From positions 24,552,001 through 24,616,000 of the forward strand of contig OZ024749.1 in assembly GCA_964016885.1 (NCBI GenBank): DNA of 64,000 nt, written 5' to 3'. Positions 55,893 to 64,000 of the stretch are shown one piece after another. The translations under genes were made by a program, and so were the position numbers. Source of the DNA: Eledone cirrhosa (Eukaryota). The notes under the pieces were generated by a model. The model was not told the DNA's origin. It saw only the letters and a program-made list of their open reading frames with translations, and did not search any database. Each line of letters opens with the position of its first letter. The first letter of the stretch is position 1.

Positions 55893-56799
55893 TTATATTG
55901 TATTGATTTTTATACATTAAATTTTGCTCTGCTACTTACATAGAGCACTCTTCACTTCTATGACCTTTTCTGTTTCCAACGGAAATTTCAATACTTATAT
56001 ATATATATATAAGAACAAAAGATGGTTAAAAGAGTTCCATGTATTTTATTAAGCGCATTTCAAAAACAAATATCATCATGCAATAATATTTGTTTTCATC
56101 ACATAAAACATGAAGACATGATATGAAGGTTAAAAAACACTTGTGGATAGTGCAGTTTTAAATCAACATATGAAAAGTAGTTTTAGATTGATGTGTGACA
56201 TTGGAAAAAAAATATTTTATTTTGAGGGGGGTGGAAAGGATGAAAAAGAGGAGGAGTTGAGAGTAAAAGTGGAGAGGGAGGAGTATAATGAGGAAGGATG
56301 AGATAGGAGGAGAGATGGGTGATAGAGAGAGAGAGATAGCTTTTATAACTGAGAAAGATATATTGTTTTACATAGAGAGGTTGAAAACCGTTGGAAGATA
56401 ATGTATAGATTAAAAGAATTTGAAAATTAACGAAGAGAAAAATAATGTAAAGTTAAGGTTTGTATATTGAAGGGTTTAATAATATGTGCGATGAAAAGAA
56501 AATGTTAATATGTATTAAGAATAATATTTAAGGGTTTAATAATATGTGCGATGGAAAGAAAAATTTAATATGTATTAAGAATAATATTTAAGGGTTTGAT
56601 AATATGTGCGATGGAAAGAAAATGTTGATATGTATTATTATAAAGAACAACAGGTAATTTAAGTAAGGATATATTGTGTGATGAGCATGAATGAGTTAGA
56701 TGAAAGGGAGAAAACAATAATGAATTGAGGATGAATAATCTAACGTAAAAAAAATATTTATGTTTACGAACGATTTTTACAAGGTGATATAGGGTAAGA

Positions 56800-56854
<55 letters not shown>

Positions 56855-56950
56855 CATATATATACTTAGATATATATATACTTATATATATTTAGATATA
56901 GATATATATATATATATACTTATATATATATATATGCTTATATATATATA

Positions 56951-57019
<69 letters not shown>

Positions 57020-57022
<3 letters not shown>

Positions 57023-58230
57023 TACACGTACTTACATATATGTATACAGACGTACAGTAGTATGTATATATATATACATACATGCACACATATATATATG
57101 TACGTATGGATTCACCGAACAATTATTATAATGCTCGGTGTTTTTGTAAACAAACATCCCGTATTAAGCCGTAGTGTCTAGCAACCATCGTTGCTCGTTT
57201 GGTCAACTCTGACAAAGGAACGCTGTACTAGTTTCAAGCTTATTAGCTATCGTCAGCAACGTATACCTTCCTGCCAGATTGTTGAACGTATATACTTACT
57301 TTATGCATATTAACGGCTGAGTAGCCCGATTTGCATATCGAGTGGGTTAATCGGCCGGATGCATCGAATCCGATAAACGGAAAAAATGAAACGAAATTTA
57401 ATTTTCCACTCTTAGTACGGCTGTTAATTAAATATAAGTATGTAGACCTACATACATATATGTATACAGACGTACAGTAGTATGTATATATATATATACA
57501 TACATGCACATATATATATATATATGTACGTATGGATTCACCGAACATTTATTATAATGCTCGGTGTGTTTGTAAACAAACATCCCGTATTACGCCGTAG
57601 TGTCCAGCAACCATCGTTGCTCGTTAGTTCAACACTGACAAAGGAACTCTGTACTAGTTTCAAGCTTATTAACTATCGTTAGCAACGTATACCTTCCTGC
57701 CAGATTTTTTAATGTATATACATATATGTATACAGACGTAACAGCCGTACTAAGTAACGGCCATACTAAGTAACAGCCGTACTAAGAGTGCGAAATGATA
57801 TTTCGTTTCATTTTTTTTCCGTATATCGTTTTCGGTTCACCCGGCCGATTAACCCACTCGATATGCAAATTGGGCTACTCAGACGTTAATATGCATAAGG
57901 TAAGTATATACTTTCAACAATCTGGCAGGAAGGTATACGTTGCTGACGATAGCTAATAATCTTGAAATTAGTACGGCGTTCCTTTGTCAGTGTTGAACAA
58001 ACGAGCAACGATGGTTGCTAGACACTACGGCTTAATACGAAATGTTTGTTTACAAACACACCGAGCATTATAATAAATGTTCGGTGAATCCATACGTACA
58101 TATATATATATATGTGTGTGCAGGTATGTATATATATATACATACTACTGTACGCTGTATACATATATGTATGTACGTGTACATACTTATATTTAAGTAA
58201 CAGCCGTACTAAGAGGGGTAAATGAAATTT
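57020..58230. mobile_element. ORF-less retrozyme-like repeat: about 1.6 copies of a ~426-bp unit (minus sense) plus an inverted monomer 57739-58230
   Basis: HHR motifs at 57220 and 57646 (offset 426) and at 57937 on the plus strand. Confidence 0.85.
57220..57262 (-). ncRNA. Minimal type I HHR (copies 57646-57688 - mutated, 57937-57979 +)
   Basis: ACGTTG CTGACGA t AGCT aata AGCT t GAAA CTAG TA CAGCGT. Confidence 0.85.
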
Positions 58231-58294
58231 AGTTTCATTTTTTCCGTTTATATATATATATGTATACAAAGTTGTATATATATATATGTATACC

Positions 58295-58359
<65 letters not shown>

Positions 58360-58560
58360 TTTTTGTATATATATATACATATATACTTATATATATATAT
58401 AGGAACGAGTAGGACCCCAACGGCTGACCTGAAGCCGTTCCGAAACGGCTTGAGCTCGGCGGTCGGTGTCCTACTCGTTCCTATTACCCACTCTACTACC
58501 CTAAGTATTGAGTACTTTGGTGCGTTATGGTCCACCTGGTTCCTTACCACATTTCCTTCG

Positions 58561-58600
<40 letters not shown>

Positions 58601-59518
58601 GCATATATATATACTTAGATATATATAGATATATATATATGTATACATAGTTGTATATATGTATATAAACATGCACATATACATGCATATATAGATATAT
58701 ATACTTATATATATATGTATATATAATTTTATATAATTATATACATGCACATATACATGCATATATATATATGTATATATATGTATATATAGTTGTATAT
58801 AAATATATACATGCACATATACATGCATATATATATATGTATATATAGTTGTATATAAATATATACATGCACATATATATGCATATATATATATACTTAT
58901 ATCTATATGTATACATAGTTGTATATATATATATATATATATATACTTGTGTGTATGGGCATGTGTGTGCGCGTGTGTTGGGTGATACATACATATATTC
59001 ATTCCACGTTAAGGTATTTCGACTGAATTTTCTCTTCTGCTGAATCTCCTATGATTCATAAGATTTATGAGTCTAACTACAAACACTAAATATAGCCAGA
59101 TATGGAATGCTTTCGGGAACATTAAACAACACATGTGGTCAACAATGACGTCCAATATTTATTATTTTCTCCTATGTATTCGCTGAATTGTAACAAACGG
59201 ATATTGTATCTTTAAATCACCTGCTGGAATTGTGTCCACCTGACAAAAGAAAACAAAAACAATAATAAAATAAAAGCTGTCCCTAAATTAAAACGTAGTT
59301 ATTCTTTATATAATTTGATTTCACGTCAACATACGTAATCTTTGGAAAGGCGTATTACTCGCATCCATCGCCTTGTTTGACATATTATTTAAATACTTTA
59401 CACTATAATATTGAAATGGAACTGTCAAAAGATTTGGGCAAATTGATTGCCCATTTCTTTCTTTGGGATTTGAGTTCAAATGACACCAGCTTGAACTTAG
59501 CCGTTAGTCGTTTCCACC

Positions 59519-59549
<31 letters not shown>

Positions 59550-59712
59550 GGAAAGATAGTTCGGATCTAGCTGTAAAAAGGGCCGGAGCTCAGCCGTCGG
59601 GGTCCTGACTCTTTTCATATTACCCGCACTACTGATCTAATTATCGATTACTCTGGTGCGTTATGGTCCACCTTGTGACTTACAACAACTTCTTTCTTGT
59701 TATATATATATA

Positions 59713-59750
59713 CGAGCTGAGGATCCGATAAGGTGAAACAATTGTCCTAG
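59713..59750 (+). ncRNA. Minimal HHR motif in a ~140-bp solo island
   Basis: cgag CTGAGGA tcc gataa gg t GAAA CAATTG TC ctag. Confidence 0.6.
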
Positions 59751-59845
59751 ATATGGTGAACTAACTGTTGTGTAACCACTTCTACCTAACTCGTCCCATG
59801 GACTGAGTGCTTTACCACTACGGATATTACCTTCCAGTGTTCCAC

Positions 59846-59904
<59 letters not shown>

Positions 59905-60710
59905 GTGTGTGTGCCTGTGTATGTTATCGTTCTTGCGCATGGAGCTGGCTGAATTATTTGAGCTCTATGTGTGATGGCTTGCTGTGTTTGTTGTAGAGTT
60001 TGTGTATTGCAAGCTACCGTGTATATCAGTGTAGCTCTATTATATAAAAGCTCTCAGTTAACAGTGGATAGCAATATAATTATCTATGTTATTCAATCTC
60101 ATCACATACAACGACACGTGATGATGACGATAATGGATATGGATGATATCCATACGTTGACCTCTGATTTGTAGGTGACATTAAGTAGAAGAATATATGT
60201 GTGGAAATATATTAACAGAATAAATCCTTTTTATAAAGTGATAGACAATTCTGCTCTCCCCTTTCACAACAACATCTGACTGAGGGCCAGGATTAATGGG
60301 TCCAATCATCTGCAAGGGTTCCGACCAAGTTCTCAGTCTAATGAGAAACTATATCCCGAAGTAATGCTTCCTATTAGAGTGAACGTTGATTCATGTTTTC
60401 TTCTCTCTCCCCACCAGAAATTGCGGATACCTTTCAAATGTTGTACATACTACCAATGTTTTTTCTTAATCTGCCACAGTCGTAAAAATATATTATTGAA
60501 TTTTATTTGATTGAAATTTAGATCAACATTTAGAATGAATTATTTGTGGCATTAATTCGTTATTTAGGTAGCCATCTGGTCATTTTCAAATCTGGTTTTA
60601 GTTAGCAGAATCATTTATATGCTTAAGCCCGTGAGTGTGTGATTATTTCCAGAGGAATATAAACCTCCAGAGTTTACCCAACATTTATATATTTATTAAT
60701 TTCGTTTTCA

Positions 60711-60770
60711 TGAACATATACATTTTAATGTTTCGACCCAGTATATGTAAACATTAAAATGTATATGTTC
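60711..60770. repeat. 23-bp perfect inverted repeat with a short spacer
   Basis: tgaacatatacattttaatgttt ... aaacattaaaatgtatatgttca. Confidence 0.85.
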
Positions 60771-61124
60771 ATTTTGTCTTTCTATCTATGGTTTTTTGGC
60801 GACCAACCCTCTCTGTGGTATTATTTGTCTGAGAAGTATATATACACTCAACTATATTGAATTTGGTAAACTCTCAGTTTTCCCTCTCTTTCTTTCTTTC
60901 TTATTCTTTCTCTACTTGTTTATCTGTGATCCTCTCTATTTTCTTTTGTCTGATTCACTCGCTCACATTTTAACTATCAATTTCTCTCTCTCTATCTCTC
61001 TATCTCTCTATCTATATATCTCTCTCTCCTTCTGTATATCTCTGTCTCTCAATATATCTATCTATCTATTTGTCTCTGTCTGTGACAATGTGTAATTTTT
61101 GTTTGCTTGAAAGGTATATATTCA

Positions 61125-61171
<47 letters not shown>

Positions 61172-61180
61172 ATATATATA

Positions 61181-61270
<90 letters not shown>

Positions 61271-61426
61271 CTGTCTGTCTGTGATCCCACTCTCTATATA
61301 TTCGCTAGATATACGATTTCTTTTCTCCCAACGCTGAAGTAAATCTATATTTATCTGATATATTTTGACTTTATTACGAACTTTAATGATAACATAAAGT
61401 GAAAGTTTCAGTCCTAAGTCTACATA

Positions 61427-61465
<39 letters not shown>

Positions 61466-61533
61466 TTGTAACTTTAAATCGTGTCTGTTCTTGAACTAAA
61501 TATACATATATATATATATCCACGCATATACAT

Positions 61534-61582
<49 letters not shown>

Positions 61583-61627
61583 TACGTGTATGTGTACATG
61601 GGGACATATGTGATTATCTGTGCCTCT

Positions 61628-61885
61628 ATGTCTGTGTGCCAGTGTTAGTATAGGTGTATGTGTGTGTATGTATTTATGTGTGTGTGGGTGTGTGTGTGTG
61701 TGTGCGCGCGCGAGCTGGTATCACCGTATGATTTGTATATGACATTTATGTCTGTGTGCCAGTGTTAGTATAGGTGTATGTGTGTGTATGTATTTATGTG
61801 TGTGTGTGTGTGTATGTGTGGGTGTGTGTGTGTGTGTGCGCGCGCGAGCTGGTATCACCGTATGATTTGTATATGACATTTATGT
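61628..61885. repeat. ~120-bp tandem duplication
   Basis: atgtctgtgtgccagtgttagtatagg at 61628 and 61748. Confidence 0.9.
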
Positions 61886-62819
61886 TTGATAGACGGAAAT
61901 GAATTTCAGATTTATGAGCAAACTTCATGGATTGGAAATTAGGTTTATTATGGCGTATGTTTAAAAATTGGTTTATATTACTGAGATACGACAAATTGAC
62001 GCACTCGTTAAGCTGTCTTATTAAATAACTACCCCGTATTTGTTGTGGCTCATGGCTTACTCAGTTCAAATCACACTAACATTATTTTTGCCTGTAATCT
62101 GTTTAAGGTCTATACAAATAAAACCTGGTAAATTTGTTGGAATTAATTTCATGATATCGTGTGTGCGCTTCCTGGCCTGGGTTGTGTGTTGTAGAGGAAA
62201 TCACATCATTTCAAATTGCTTTAATATATTCAACTGATAATCTGTACTAGAAGTAACTGGGGGTTTAAACCATGCTATGGAGTGGTACCCTTTCAGGGGT
62301 GGGTTTTGTCCTCTCATTAGTTTATCGCCACCGAAACCGAGTTAAACTCCGGCTTAATGAACCTCTTGGCTCGAGACAGACTGATACAATACAGGCATTG
62401 ATTTTCCACTTCATATTTCCTTTCCCTTGATGAAATCGGATATGCTCCTGCTTGGTGGGGGATGCTCTTGCCAAAAATATGTGGCTTGTTAGGAGTGGAT
62501 CCAATTAATCCAGCAGGAATTAATGCCACCTTCTTTCTATCATATATTGACGATCTACTATCACTTCGGTTTTCTGCTCATATTCATCTTGTCATGCCTA
62601 CATCTAAGTCTCCCACTTGTTTATCTGTACAGGAAATTGGAAATGAAGCCACCCAACACTCAAAGACAGTGCGTGAAATATAAGAAGTGGAAAACCTTTC
62701 CATGAATATGAGAACATATCAGTCTAAGAAGGCCAAATTTTCCATATCATAATCCTTAATTTTTACTCTCCGATCGCTCACTCACTACTGCGATCCCTAC
62801 ATTGTTATTCAATATCAGT

Positions 62820-63010
62820 AGAAGGTCGGGCGCCATGCTTTGTAGTATAGAATTACGCCCTTTACGGTCTGAGTTTAAATCCCGCCGAGGTTAACTTTGC
62901 CTTTCATCCTTACGGGGTCGATAAAATAAAGCACCAGTAACATATTGGGGTCTATTTAATCGAATTTCACCCCTACCAGATTACTGGCCTTGTGCCAAAA
63001 GTAAAAACAA
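62820..63010 (+). mobile_element. Octopus-type tRNA-derived SINE
   Basis: tctgagtttaaatcccgccgaggttaactttgcctttcatccttacggggtcgataaaataaagcaccagt...tactggccttgtgccaaaa; B-box-like segment. Confidence 0.75.
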
Positions 63011-64000
63011 TTGTTACTTTAATTATCAGTTGGTTGATCATATTATGTCTGTGTTTGTTTTGGACAGCTGTCAGTTTTAACATTAACAATATTAGTTTAT
63101 GACTAAGGAAAAATCTTCCGAGAAATTAAGGCATATGTCTACAACATAAAGTACTTTACAGTGAGATTTAACGGGACACAGAGAGTGATATATCTGATGC
63201 TTGGAATCGAGATACAACCCATTTTCTTCTGCTGGGTTAATTAGCGTAAATTTAGAATTAAGATATATTGCTGGATGACATAAAACCTCGCCAGGAACCA
63301 AACTAAGGACATTGTGATCATAAGCTGAATTCCCATACTTTTAATGCACGATCCTTCACAGAATATATTCTATTATGAAGCTAAAACTATCTCTCTTGCT
63401 GTGGCGTTTCCTAACATAATGGCTGGGTGGAAAGCAACACTATATTTAAAATTCTTAATAACTTTTTGAAATTTGTGTCGATTTTCCTAAAACATGTTTT
63501 ATTCTTAACATTTTAATAGGGATGCAATTCTACAAAGGTACCAACGTTGTTTTCTAGTTTCTGTAATCATCTGGATCTTTCCTCGACTGACTTCATCATC
63601 AACTCAGGCGGTATTTGGGTCAGTACGTGACGAACGAGTTCCTCTACATAAGTCAGAGATAAGGATATGAGCTATACACTTTTTCCTTCGACCACCCTTA
63701 CATAGCGTTAAGTCAGAGCTACTTGCAGTGTATTTATATAGACCTTGACAACCCAGCCAATGTCTGGAAATTGGAAATGAAGCCACTCAACACTCAAAGA
63801 CAGAGCGTGGAATATAAGAAGTGGAAAACCTTTCCATGAATATGACAACATATCAGTCTCAGAAGGCCAACTTTTCAATAGAGTGTTTCTTTTCAACCAC
63901 ATTGTATATACAGTATTTCATGGGAGGGTTACACATAAGATGTCTTCAATATTTATGAGGGGTAGGGTGAGGGATTGGCAGTATTGGTGGAGGGTCGGAG

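Larger units (their letters stand above)
51511..55996 (+). mobile_element. 5'-truncated PLE, family C (Hydra-like): inverted arm 51511-53217 and direct arm 53241-55996
   Basis: Arms are reverse complements over about 1.7 kb; RT and endonuclease in the direct arm. Confidence 0.93.

Noticed and set aside
63092-63301. 69-aa ORF in complex sequence
   Set aside because: No recognisable family; cannot be supported without a search

Overview
This is a very AT-rich eukaryotic window, probably from an octopus or other cephalopod (inferred from a tRNA-derived SINE and the repeat landscape). I recognise no host gene. Most ORF-track entries (IY/YI/HT/CV repeats) are translations of (TA)n, (CA)n, (GA)n and (AGT)n microsatellites. 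The real content is a dense cluster of Penelope-like retroelements (PLEs; RT plus C-terminal GIY-YIG endonuclease) from two lineages, inserted in (TA)n tracts and nearly always arranged as head-to-head inverted arms. One element has an intact 738-aa ORF (10844-13060, minus). Alongside them are ORF-less tandem units of about 426-530 bp that look like retrozymes. Folding by eye finds type I hammerhead ribozyme (HHR) motifs in at least 13 different sequence designs, including U3-A8 core variants and very long stem II forms with compensatory changes. A second small hairpin, RCUC-loop-GAGYRC, recurs shortly downstream of the HHR in about 8-10 otherwise unalignable families and again just before the ATG of the intact ORF. 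This is the best candidate for an undescribed cis-acting RNA element. Also present: a truncated CR1/L2-group LINE, RTE and R4/Dong-like LINE remnants, SINEs and Tc1/mariner-type MITEs. All folds and alignments were done by eye, and clade names are inferred from motifs, not from a search.
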